From a virus (Duplodnaviria > Caudoviricetes), in the IMG/VR virus record IMGVR_UViG_3300001472_000023, positions 1-52,864 of that record: a DNA stretch of 52,864 nucleotides. One strand, 5' to 3'. Position numbers and translations under genes: made by a program. Position 1 is the first letter of the stretch, and each line of letters begins with the position of its first letter. Shown piece by piece: positions 35,681 to 45,612 of this stretch. The notes under the pieces were generated by a model. The model did not search any database. It saw only the letters and a program-made list of their open reading frames with translations, and had not been told where the DNA came from.

Positions 35681-37382
35681 GATAAAAGTTTTAGTGCAGT
35701 CCAATTACTGCCGAATGGTAACTGGCTTTGGGAAGAATATGAAAAATATTCTTCTGGCACTTCATAAAGACCCTGACATTGAAGTTTTCGAAGCTTCTAA
35801 TGGAGTACCATACGGGCGTGATACTGGGACTCCTTGGGAATCATATGGGACATACCCATCTGACCCTAAAATCCTGAAATTAATAGAGAAAGATCCCGCG
35901 AAAAAAAGGGCGGCACAATACGGATTTTACAATATAGATAAGATAGTAGAAGAAGTAAAACCTGACGTATTTTTGGGTATAGAAGACGTATGGGCATTTC
36001 GAGAGTATGAGAAGAAAAAATGGTGGGCTAAAACTAAAAAAATTATATGGACAACCCTAGATAGTCTACCGATCTTAGATCAAGCATTAGAAACAGAGCC
36101 AAAATGTGATCAAATGTTAGTTTGGGCTTCTTTCGCAGAAGAAGCTATGAAGAAACTTGGACACAAGACGGTTTCTACGGTACATGGAGCCGTTGATTAC
36201 AGCCACTTTAAACCTTTAGAGAATAGAAATGAACTACGAAATTTGCATGGTCTTGATAGCGATTTCGTTATTGGTTTTGTATTTAAAAATCAACTAAGAA
36301 AATCTGTACCAAATCTCTTAGAAGGTTTCAAAATATTTAAAAAACGCAATCCAGAAATTTCTACCAAATTACTTCTTCATACAGACTGGGGAGAAAAATC
36401 AATGGGCTGGGATATCCCAAGATACTTGAAGGAAAAGGATCTAGAAAATGGAGAAGTATTAGCGACTTACGTTTGCCATAAGTGCGATGATTATTTTGTG
36501 CAACCATATTCAGGAGAGGACAAAGATTGTTCTAGCTGTGGCGCAGAAAAATCAGTTAAAACGAAAAATAGCGCTAAGGGAGTCGGTGAAAAAGAACTCA
36601 ACGAGATCTATAACTTAATGGATGTCTACTGTCACCCATTTACAAGTGGTGGGCAAGAATTACCTATTCAAGAAGCTAAGGCTGCAGGACTAATAACGTT
36701 AGTAACCGACTACTCTTGTGGTACGGATTCAGCCTATGAACATCAAGGAGGATTACCTTTAGCTTGGAATGAATATAGAGAACCTAGTACTCAGTTTATA
36801 AAAGCTACGACTTGTCCTGATAGTATCTGTGAAAGGCTTGAAGAGGTTTATAATATGAGTGAGACCTCAAGGTCTCAACTTATTGAAACTGGTATAGAAT
36901 ATGTAAAAAAAGAGTTTTCGGTTGAGAATACTATATCTAAATTAAAATATTTTATAAAAACAGTAGAACTAAAAAAAGATCAAGGGGAAGTCAAACAAGA
37001 AGAAGATACTGGAAATAAAAAAATAATCCTAAACGAATTATTAAAAGATATACCATTAAAAGATAGAATAGCTGTTGTTTTACCTAGATCAGCAGGAGAT
37101 GTCTTGATAGCGAACTCTTTAATGGAAAATTTGCAATCCCTTTATCCAAATAAAAAAATATTCTTTGTGACAAACCCAGAATATTACGAACTAATCAATG
37201 ATAATCCCTTCGTATATAAAACAATTCCATATACAGAATCTTTTGAAAACCTTTATTCTTTAGAAGGACAAGGATCATATGAAGGTCTTTTCGAAATAGC
37301 CTTCTTGCCTCACTGTATGACTCAAAAAACTTACAGTTATACTCATAATGGTAAAGATAAAACCCAATTCGAATTACGATGA
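35667..37382 (+). CDS. GT4 glycosyltransferase with Zn-ribbon insert and C-terminal GT9-like N-domain
   Basis: TGFG, HGAVD, NQLRK, CHKC..CSSC, ELNEIYN..D, SGGQELPIQEA; C-terminal RSAGDVL...LQSLYP..I.FVT...L..DNPFV. Confidence 0.8.
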   Translation: MSHSKIKVLVQSNYCRMVTGFGKNMKNILLALHKDPDIEVFEASNGVPYGRDTGTPWESYGTYPSDPKILKLIEKDPAKKRAAQYGFYNIDKIVEEVKPDVFLGIEDVWAFREYEKKKWWAKTKKIIWTTLDSLPILDQALETEPKCDQMLVWASFAEEAMKKLGHKTVSTVHGAVDYSHFKPLENRNELRNLHGLDSDFVIGFVFKNQLRKSVPNLLEGFKIFKKRNPEISTKLLLHTDWGEKSMGWDIPRYLKEKDLENGEVLATYVCHKCDDYFVQPYSGEDKDCSSCGAEKSVKTKNSAKGVGEKELNEIYNLMDVYCHPFTSGGQELPIQEAKAAGLITLVTDYSCGTDSAYEHQGGLPLAWNEYREPSTQFIKATTCPDSICERLEEVYNMSETSRSQLIETGIEYVKKEFSVENTISKLKYFIKTVELKKDQGEVKQEEDTGNKKIILNELLKDIPLKDRIAVVLPRSAGDVLIANSLMENLQSLYPNKKIFFVTNPEYYELINDNPFVYKTIPYTESFENLYSLEGQGSYEGLFEIAFLPHCMTQKTYSYTHNGKDKTQFELR

Positions 37383-38497
37383 GTCATTTAGTAGAAGTTT
37401 ATGCCAAAGATTTAGGTGTGAAAATCGGGGAGCCGATATTTAAACCTCATTTCTATCCTATCCTAGAGGATAACTATATAACAATACATACGGACAATAA
37501 AGTCCCAGCAAAAGAATACGATTACTGGGAAGAGGTGATTTTAATAGTTAAAAAAGAATTACCAGAGATTAAATTCATCCAAATTGGATCTGGTAAAGAG
37601 CCTATAATAAAAACCGCAGATAAATTTATAAAAACAGAATCTATAAAACAATCTGCGTATATTATAGAAAAATCTTTAATGCATGTTGGTATAGATAGCA
37701 TGCCAGTTCACATAGCGTCGAGCTTTAATAAAAAAATAGTAGCTGTATATAGTCACACTTACGCTTCCACTTGTGAACCCATTTGGGGGGATAGGGAAAA
37801 TTACTGCATAATTGAATCTCACCGAAATGGCTTTAAGCCATCCTTCTCGTTAAAGGAGACGCCTAAAACAATTAACTTAATAAAGCCTGAAGAGATATCG
37901 AATGCTATCTTAACAAAATTAGGCGGAGACAAAAGCAGTAGGGAAACCATGTATATAGGGGGTAAATATAAGAACCCACTCATACAAATAATACCTGATA
38001 AAAAATATAGTTGTTCTAACGCGAAGATAAACTTGCGTTTAGATCTTTTACACAAAGAAGAAAATGTTTTGCATTTATTTTCCAACAATAAAGTTTCGAT
38101 TATAACAAAAAAAACTTTGAGTGATGATATTTTATCCAAGCCAAATATAGAAGGAATACATTATTTTAGTAATAGTTTCGACGCGAGCTTTATTGAGAAA
38201 GTAAAAAAGAAAGGTTTAGATCTACACCTGTTTTGCACTAAAGAAAAAAAAATATCAGAACAACGATTCAAGTTTTTCGACGAAAAAATAAATCTTTTCG
38301 AAAGACACAAGAAGATCCGAGACAATAAAAAGAATTTTAAATTAAAAGAAGAGAATTTTAAAATTAAATCCTACAATCTTTATTATAAGGGAGGAGAAGC
38401 TCATACTTCTTTATACGAAGCTAACGGGAAAAAGAAAATAAATGATATTTTTCTTGATCTAGAGTACCTTATGATTTATAAAGATGGCGATGAGTGA
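37379..38497 (+). CDS. GT9 (heptosyltransferase-like) C-terminal domain protein
   Basis: YITIH...K.YDYW..V, FIQIG, SAYII..S.MHVGIDSMPVHIASS...IVAVY. Confidence 0.75.
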   Translation: MSHLVEVYAKDLGVKIGEPIFKPHFYPILEDNYITIHTDNKVPAKEYDYWEEVILIVKKELPEIKFIQIGSGKEPIIKTADKFIKTESIKQSAYIIEKSLMHVGIDSMPVHIASSFNKKIVAVYSHTYASTCEPIWGDRENYCIIESHRNGFKPSFSLKETPKTINLIKPEEISNAILTKLGGDKSSRETMYIGGKYKNPLIQIIPDKKYSCSNAKINLRLDLLHKEENVLHLFSNNKVSIITKKTLSDDILSKPNIEGIHYFSNSFDASFIEKVKKKGLDLHLFCTKEKKISEQRFKFFDEKINLFERHKKIRDNKKNFKLKEENFKIKSYNLYYKGGEAHTSLYEANGKKKINDIFLDLEYLMIYKDGDE

Positions 38498-39263
38498 GAA
38501 TACTATTTACGGTCCTGAAGTCTACAAGAGAAACAATCATGGTCTCCTCAGTAACGCTACGTACCTATTCAATGAAGATGGTTCTGTCGATTGGAGATCA
38601 ATGGTAAAGGACGAGTTCCTTTATCCGAACAAAGGTTGGTTTGATTCTAGAAAGAAAAGTGTCCCAACATCTGTCGATGGACTTCAAGATAATCAGCTTT
38701 TAATAATGTTAGGGGGTATAAAAGAACTCGCTAAATTAAGGGGGTTCGACTCTGTATCTTTTAAAACTGAGAATGTAGCTGACGGATATGTAAAGAGCAC
38801 TTGCAAGATCAATTGGATCGGCAATTATGAAAGTAATGGGTTACCCATCTCATACGAAGATGTCGCAAATGCTTCTCTATACAATACAAACTCCTTCGCG
38901 GCTAAATTTTTGGAAACAATAGCTTGTAATAGAGCTTTCGTGCGTTGCGTTCGTAATTTTCTTAATATCCATATTGTAGGTGCAGATGAAATTGATAAAT
39001 CTAAAGACGCTGACAATTCCTTCTCTATAGAATCTTCTAGTGATGAAGTTAATTCAATAGCTTCTCTTTCGCCTCACGCTCAGCTTAAAACGATTTTTGT
39101 AGACGAAATGAATGGAGGTTCGTTCGAAGAGTTCAAAGAGCTACTACGCACCTTCTGGTCCCAAGAAAAGTACCAGAACCCAGATGCAAAAAATTGGAAT
39201 CAATTCTCTGACATACCAGTTAAAGAGGCCCGTAAGATCAGGGTTTTATTGAAAAATCTATAA
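38484..39263 (+). CDS. putative ssDNA-annealing recombinase (Rad52/Sak-like)
   Basis: LGGIKELA..RG, ANAS..N, ETIACNRAFVRCVRNFLNI..VGADE. Confidence 0.55.
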   Translation: MAMSENTIYGPEVYKRNNHGLLSNATYLFNEDGSVDWRSMVKDEFLYPNKGWFDSRKKSVPTSVDGLQDNQLLIMLGGIKELAKLRGFDSVSFKTENVADGYVKSTCKINWIGNYESNGLPISYEDVANASLYNTNSFAAKFLETIACNRAFVRCVRNFLNIHIVGADEIDKSKDADNSFSIESSSDEVNSIASLSPHAQLKTIFVDEMNGGSFEEFKELLRTFWSQEKYQNPDAKNWNQFSDIPVKEARKIRVLLKNL

Positions 39264-41831
39264 TCCAAGGAAGTTTCTCTGGCTAGCTTTTAATCTGTTT
39301 AACGGAGACAAGCTTCTATTTGATTTTGAATTAGAATCTATAATTATCTGCTCATCTGGGGGTAATAATTTGAGAGTGGATTCGTTTATAGTGGTAGTAA
39401 CCCCAGCAGAACCTAATTTAATGGATATCCCAGAAAGTGTTATCTTAAAAGAGGTTGGTATGCTAAGTCCAACGATAGTTCGACTAGAGTTTTGAAGGGT
39501 TTGCCCCCTAGAAGCTCTGTTAGAAATATTAGAAGCTTCAAGCGATAGTATATCAGAAATGGTACCGTCTTTTAAATCCAAGGATATTGGGAATAAAGCA
39601 TTACCCGAAGCTCCATTGCTTTTCAAACTGTAGTATCTGATATCGAATCTTTCTGATACTTCTTGTATTTTCTCAGCTAAAGCATCTAAGTTATCTTGCC
39701 TTCTAGCTTTAGCCTCTTCCTTCTTACGAGAGTCTTCTGAATCTAATAAATCCGTAGGAGTTTTAGACCTTGTGAAAAACGCTTTCATTGTATTAGGGGT
39801 CGATGCATTATCCCCTTTCATCATATCGTTCCAAATGTTTCGAGACGCAATAATAAGATCCTCTATTTTTTTTTCTAATTTTTCAGATATTCCAAGGTAA
39901 GTGGTATTGGTTTGAGGGTTCTGTACAAATTGATAATTTTTATCATTCAATAAATCATAATCTAACTCGTCCTTGCCTCTTCCAACCAAATGTTTTTGAT
40001 TATTGGATACTCGACCTATGAAACCATAAGATCCACCTCCACTAGAATTAGATTTTTCAAAAAGGAATTTCAATTTTTCAGCGGCGGCTCCACTAGCTGT
40101 TTTGTGTCGTTCAATAAATGACAACAAATCCTGTAGAGCGTCCACATCCTTTATGAGAACATCATCAGCTTTTTGTTCTCCAGCTTCTGGCTCAGGCTGC
40201 TCTAATTGGAAAGGTCCAGATATATTCATATCGGAATTATTCCATTGAGTCCTTTTGGCCCTGTAGGATCTCATTTTATTAGAACAATATATGGAATTTG
40301 TAATCACGCTAAATACATCTTTAATTAGAATGTAAGCCTTGGATTTAGAGGGTCTTTGTGGAGGCTTACCATTGTTAACATTCCTAAGTTTTAAGAACTT
40401 ACCTTTCTTTAAATTAAAGTCAGATTGATTTGCATCATCCATCAACTCTTGTGTTGCCCCTAGTCCAGCAACTTTTTCCCATTCTAACAGGCTCCCTCCG
40501 GGGACTTCATCTGCATCAGACCAATCTTCTCCCCAATCTAACTTTAAAGGTCTTCCTTTAGCTACAAAATGAGTGGCTATATAAGCTATAACATCAAAAG
40601 AATTAGCATCAAGTTTCCCAGCGAGGAAAGCTCCATAGAAAACAGCGTATAGACTTTCAGAAATACCCAAGTCCCTTAAAAAAGGGTTGACATTAACTTT
40701 GTGGAATCTAGTAAATCTATTAGAATCATTAAATTCAAAAGTCTGCTCCTGTTTCTCTATAGTAGAACTGAATCCGTTAACCACTTTTGGATTAAGGAAG
40801 TTTTCAGTAAAACTGGCGTTTAGGTACTTGGATTGAATAGCTCCGCTTTGTGTTAAAGGATTAGTCACGCTTAAATTAGAAGCCGAGGAAGAACTGACAA
40901 ATTGTATAACTCCCGGCCTAAAAGGATTAACAAACCAATAGTAACCATATTTAGACGCGATAGTAGACAATATAGAATCTAGAGTCCCAGATTCTGTAAA
41001 TAAAACTTTGTTGGTTGTAGATTCTGGCAATCCAATTATGTTAATTCCAGCTGCCGAAAATCCTTTCTTAGCTTCCGCTAACGTGTACCCATACTTTAAA
41101 TTGTAATTTGCTAAATCGGGGTTTTGTTTGTAAAAAATACTGACAGGTGAACCTGTACCATCTCCCTCAAGATAACTTAAATTTTCTTGTAATGTTTTGT
41201 TTTGATAAACCAAAGAGATCTTTGTTCCAGAAGAAGAAACAGAACTTTCTTCGTTATAAATATTACCTATTAAGATGACTCCACCATTTTGTCTTGGCTG
41301 CTTAAAAGGAAACCTTTGTTCTGCAATTGTGATCGGCGAGTTAGGTAGTTCACCAAAATAAGGCATTGTTACATAAGAACCTCCAGAAGATGATAAATAC
41401 TGAGTTGAGGTAGCGCCAAGCCCATTATATTGTCGTCCTCCAGTAGCAAAGATTTGAGTGGTACTAGAGGGCATTCCCCCAGATCCTTTGTCATGAGGAT
41501 GAGAACTCAGACCTCTCACCAAGAAACAATGAGATTTAAGTCTTAACGAAGTTATATCTTCATAAGATCTAGATATAGTTCTTTGCCTTCCATTTTTTTG
41601 TTCTGTTTTCTCCACCATAATGAAGTTCAACATTAATTTTTCGAGGTCCGGGTTAGAGAACGTAGTTCTGCCTCCGCCACTCCCAATTAAAGACCCTAAT
41701 TCATCTTCCTCGTTAGTAATGTCTTTAGCTTTCAAAACAGTTTGAACGCTAGCGGTATGGCTACTTCCACCATTAGAGAAGTTTATGTCTACACTAATTA
41801 TAGTTTCGGTATCAGGGATAATGTTGCTCAT
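39258..41831 (-). CDS. putative tail/baseplate hub protein
   Basis: 857 aa downstream of the tape measure gene; LDSILSTIASKYGYYWFV hub-like motif. Confidence 0.55.
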   Translation of the reverse strand: MSNIIPDTETIISVDINFSNGGSSHTASVQTVLKAKDITNEEDELGSLIGSGGGRTTFSNPDLEKLMLNFIMVEKTEQKNGRQRTISRSYEDITSLRLKSHCFLVRGLSSHPHDKGSGGMPSSTTQIFATGGRQYNGLGATSTQYLSSSGGSYVTMPYFGELPNSPITIAEQRFPFKQPRQNGGVILIGNIYNEESSVSSSGTKISLVYQNKTLQENLSYLEGDGTGSPVSIFYKQNPDLANYNLKYGYTLAEAKKGFSAAGINIIGLPESTTNKVLFTESGTLDSILSTIASKYGYYWFVNPFRPGVIQFVSSSSASNLSVTNPLTQSGAIQSKYLNASFTENFLNPKVVNGFSSTIEKQEQTFEFNDSNRFTRFHKVNVNPFLRDLGISESLYAVFYGAFLAGKLDANSFDVIAYIATHFVAKGRPLKLDWGEDWSDADEVPGGSLLEWEKVAGLGATQELMDDANQSDFNLKKGKFLKLRNVNNGKPPQRPSKSKAYILIKDVFSVITNSIYCSNKMRSYRAKRTQWNNSDMNISGPFQLEQPEPEAGEQKADDVLIKDVDALQDLLSFIERHKTASGAAAEKLKFLFEKSNSSGGGSYGFIGRVSNNQKHLVGRGKDELDYDLLNDKNYQFVQNPQTNTTYLGISEKLEKKIEDLIIASRNIWNDMMKGDNASTPNTMKAFFTRSKTPTDLLDSEDSRKKEEAKARRQDNLDALAEKIQEVSERFDIRYYSLKSNGASGNALFPISLDLKDGTISDILSLEASNISNRASRGQTLQNSSRTIVGLSIPTSFKITLSGISIKLGSAGVTTTINESTLKLLPPDEQIIIDSNSKSNRSLSPLNRLKASQRNFLGL

Positions 41832-42637
41832 AAAGAAAAGGTTTCTGTAGTGGGTTGAATTAACTTTAAAGAAGTGTTAACTCCAGTTTCAATAAGAGTT
41901 ACACCCGTAAATATTTCAAGAAAGCTACTTGTTTCCTGCTCTAAACCATTTAAGTAAAGGTCTACATGATTCTCGACAAAACCAGTGCCGTAAACATCTG
42001 GATAAGTAGAGATTACTTCAGATATATTGTCTGATTTAGGAATACCAAACAATATTCCTGTTGGATCATTTAAATCGTCAGAAAGATAAACCTTTTGGCC
42101 ATTAAAGAATATATCATACTCACTTTCCATTTGCGCTATACTATCAGTCACACTTATAGAATCAGCTGCATCTTTTAAACTCGTAAACGAAATCGACCAC
42201 GCATCAGACGACTGAGCAGTTTTGTAAACTGAGATGGTGGGACTTTGAGCTTTTTTATCATAAAGAATTAAATCAGATTTAGATAAAATTAAACCCGTTT
42301 CAAAAATAAATTTATTTGCGGAATGTTCCTGATCTATAGCATAACTACCTTTATCAGTAAAAGAGTAGTAAAAACGATTTTTACCAGCCGTGGACGACAA
42401 ATTTCCTTCTAATATTGTTTGAGAGTTTAAGGAAAGTCTAGAACAGTTACTCCCAGTAATGATAAGATCATCATAATAAAAAGGGTCTTCTTTAATTTTT
42501 CCATCTGCTCCAATCATATGATAATTGGTAGATAAATACTTATCTTGTAAAAATGCAATTTGGTTGCTTTCAAAAATATTGAAAGCACTTCCAGATATAG
42601 TAGGGTCTCCTGTATGTAAAATATAATTATAGTTCAT
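41828..42637 (-). CDS. putative tail protein
   Basis: 269 aa; IFFNGQK and LYLNGLEQ motifs; ATGA overlaps. Confidence 0.55.
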   Translation of the reverse strand: MNYNYILHTGDPTISGSAFNIFESNQIAFLQDKYLSTNYHMIGADGKIKEDPFYYDDLIITGSNCSRLSLNSQTILEGNLSSTAGKNRFYYSFTDKGSYAIDQEHSANKFIFETGLILSKSDLILYDKKAQSPTISVYKTAQSSDAWSISFTSLKDAADSISVTDSIAQMESEYDIFFNGQKVYLSDDLNDPTGILFGIPKSDNISEVISTYPDVYGTGFVENHVDLYLNGLEQETSSFLEIFTGVTLIETGVNTSLKLIQPTTETFSL

Positions 42638-44013
42638 GATCTCTCCCCCATATAATAAATATAATCCTTTTTTAATTTATCAGAATCTCCTTCAAGCGAA
42701 GATCCAGAAGAAGCTGGAGTTACTATATGATAAGTCTCTAGTAAAGGTGTTTTTTGTACTCCGCTTATATCAGACAATGTCCCAGCCAAGGGAGTTTTTC
42801 CATATAAAGTTATGTTCATGCTTGAAGCTCCCCCCTGCCTAGACATTCCAGTAGTTTCGGCGTAAGTTTGAATGGATTCTGAGATATCATTTAAGCCCAA
42901 TGTATCATAAGCATTTTCTCCTGTCGGGTAATACACTGAGCCAGAGTTAGAATGTAATTGACCTAACTCTTCTTTGTAGAAGGTTTTAGAATCTCCATTA
43001 TTTAATGTGTAATATTTATAGATTCTATCACCTTCTTTCTTATTGCTACTAGAACTTGAAGAAAAGCTTCCAGTAAAAGTTTCTCTCCCCGTCTCTATTG
43101 TTAAAGAGCCTGTAGAAGCATAATCATAACCAGTTATCCCAGTTTTATAAACTATCGTCTCATTATATCCAGTTACTCTCTGTTGTGACTGGGAAGTTTC
43201 AGCAGTGAAGGTGTAATCACTAATAATAGCTTCTCCATAATCTTTTAGCACTTGACCTTCTAAATAACCAGAAAATATAGCTAAATTATTCATTGTACCA
43301 CTAAAAGTGGGAGTTGAAGCTAAGGAAGATCTATAATAATATTCCGACCCTCCGATCATAATTGATTCTACGTCTGAAATATAATCTTTATCAACTGGAA
43401 CTTCAATACTTTTTGTAATGTTATTGAAGTAATCAAAATAACTAACCGATAAAGAATGATCAGATATAGAAATACCAATCAAGTTCCTTTTCGATAATTC
43501 TATTTCAGAGAGCACTTTTGTGGCATCTCCTTCTGGCCCAAAAGTTTGACAAAATAAATGCCCTCTATCTGTAACACCTACATTAAATCCTTCTGAATTT
43601 CTATAAGCCACTCCACCAATAGTTTCATTATCTTTTTTTAAACAACCAACCAAAACTCCGTTGTGAATAGATTTATTAAATTCAAAATCTAATATCATAG
43701 ACATAAAACTAGGGTCTAATCCATGCAACGGTATTTGTAAGTTTCCTTGGGATAAATCTAATCCAGAATTAGTCAATAAAGATTGGAGTTTTGTATTCGC
43801 ATTAGCTTCAGAAGAATCATATGAACCCAAGGCATATCCTGTGTGTAAAGAGGGATCATTAGCGAACCTATTATTTAGCAAAACTCCTGTGAAGTTTTGT
43901 CCTGCACCTAACACATCTATTTCACTTGAATCATAATTAAAGTCATGAAAAGCTACAAGCTTTTTATTACTAAGACTTTGTTGCATTCTTAAATTTAAAC
44001 TTAAATCACTCAT
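42634..44013 (-). CDS. putative tail protein with LamG/concanavalin-like domain
   Basis: GFNVGV...IMIGG...FSGTMNNLAIFS. Confidence 0.55.
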   Translation of the reverse strand: MSDLSLNLRMQQSLSNKKLVAFHDFNYDSSEIDVLGAGQNFTGVLLNNRFANDPSLHTGYALGSYDSSEANANTKLQSLLTNSGLDLSQGNLQIPLHGLDPSFMSMILDFEFNKSIHNGVLVGCLKKDNETIGGVAYRNSEGFNVGVTDRGHLFCQTFGPEGDATKVLSEIELSKRNLIGISISDHSLSVSYFDYFNNITKSIEVPVDKDYISDVESIMIGGSEYYYRSSLASTPTFSGTMNNLAIFSGYLEGQVLKDYGEAIISDYTFTAETSQSQQRVTGYNETIVYKTGITGYDYASTGSLTIETGRETFTGSFSSSSSSNKKEGDRIYKYYTLNNGDSKTFYKEELGQLHSNSGSVYYPTGENAYDTLGLNDISESIQTYAETTGMSRQGGASSMNITLYGKTPLAGTLSDISGVQKTPLLETYHIVTPASSGSSLEGDSDKLKKDYIYYMGERS

Positions 44014-45611
44014 TAATAATACTTACTTAAATTATACGATATTGAATTTTGTCCCGTGGAAAAAGATTCAGAAATAATGTCTGACCCACTGCAATAACCA
44101 GAAACTATAGTTTTTAAAGTATCCAAGTCGTCCCCTTGATTACTACAAGAAGAAGACACCGAGTATTGACCAATTTTTCTGGAAGCCACTAGGCTAGCTT
44201 GAACTCCACTAATTGTTTCTTGCACACTGCTTAGCTGTATTGGAACTGTATCTTTTATAGAAAGAGACAAGTTGTCCAACTGACCTTGAGATAAATCCAC
44301 ATTATTACTGTAATTATAAGAATAATTTAATGTTTTTTCAATTGGATCTTTGGTAATAGAAAAATTCTTAGGCGTTGAGTCTAAATAAGATGAATTGAAT
44401 TTATATCCTGTAGCAATATCAACAAAATCTTCTAGAGCTGTTCTAGCTATATTATAAGGGTCAATCGTCTCGAAAGCTCCTGTGACAGCTAGAAATACTG
44501 GACCTTCTTCATAAACTCCAGTATTAGAAATTACAGATATACCCTGATAGGCTAAAGATCCATTTACGGAAACATTAGCAAGAGAAGAGTCTTTGGTAAG
44601 ACCTATAGACACACTATGTTTATGTACCACATTACCATCAATTAAATCAACATTCTCTGGGTTCGAAAAATTAAAAGAAAAATTCAACAAGTTAGCTCCA
44701 GTTTCTAAATCATAATTAAAAGAAGAAGGACCATCAGAAACGAATTCATATACGCCTGTTTCATAATCAGAATAAGAATTAACCAAGGCATTTATTGCTA
44801 CATCCGTAGCTTGAGCTGGAGTGAAATTACCTGTTGTTAATAGACCTACTTGCGAACCAGTATTTGAATCAATAGATCCTTGGACACTGCCTTGCACAGA
44901 AACAGACAACTCTTGGTCTACGTTATAAGAAATCGAAGTGGATAAACTAACAACTCCACTATCTGAAATTGGCCTATCGGAAGTTGAATAATCATAAACC
45001 TCGGTAACTCCATATACGTTGTTTTTTTTATCTATATTTTCTGTACGAGACTTTAAGAAACCATTACTAGAAGAGTTAAAAAGAGAAACGTCTTCATATC
45101 CGTTAGTTAACTTACTATTAACAAATGAGCGGGCATTATCAAAGGCACTTGTCGAGTCTACTTTTATACCTTTAGCTGAAACAGAGTGAGTCGCTGATAC
45201 AACTTTGTTTTTATTTTCAGAGTAAGACCAAGAATTTTGAGGCTCAGTTACCCTGAAGTATTCAGAAAAACTTTCTCCAGAATAATATAGAGCTGTTAAG
45301 CTGTAAGGTAAGAAAGACGTAAGATCGCTCTCTCCAAACTCGATAGACTCTACAAATGCGGAAGGGCAAACTTTAGATTCATTTTCTACAGTTATAGTTA
45401 AATCTTCATACTCGTTCAAAAATCCATTTATCATCTGCATTTTTTGCGAATCCAAGGAAGATAAGTCTGCACCTGTTAAATAACCAACTAAATTAACTCT
45501 TATAGCACTATGGTCCAACTCTCCTTCAAATTTTATAGAAGTATCCTCTTCAGAAAATAAAGGTATTGGAGTTGGAAAACTGTAACTCCCGTATGTAATT
45601 GAAGTGGCCAT
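44013..45611 (-). CDS. putative tail structural protein
   Basis: 532 aa, S/Y-rich beta-strand pattern; GTGTAA at 45633-45638 upstream. Confidence 0.6.
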   Translation of the reverse strand: MATSITYGSYSFPTPIPLFSEEDTSIKFEGELDHSAIRVNLVGYLTGADLSSLDSQKMQMINGFLNEYEDLTITVENESKVCPSAFVESIEFGESDLTSFLPYSLTALYYSGESFSEYFRVTEPQNSWSYSENKNKVVSATHSVSAKGIKVDSTSAFDNARSFVNSKLTNGYEDVSLFNSSSNGFLKSRTENIDKKNNVYGVTEVYDYSTSDRPISDSGVVSLSTSISYNVDQELSVSVQGSVQGSIDSNTGSQVGLLTTGNFTPAQATDVAINALVNSYSDYETGVYEFVSDGPSSFNYDLETGANLLNFSFNFSNPENVDLIDGNVVHKHSVSIGLTKDSSLANVSVNGSLAYQGISVISNTGVYEEGPVFLAVTGAFETIDPYNIARTALEDFVDIATGYKFNSSYLDSTPKNFSITKDPIEKTLNYSYNYSNNVDLSQGQLDNLSLSIKDTVPIQLSSVQETISGVQASLVASRKIGQYSVSSSCSNQGDDLDTLKTIVSGYCSGSDIISESFSTGQNSISYNLSKYY

Positions 45612-45612
45612 A

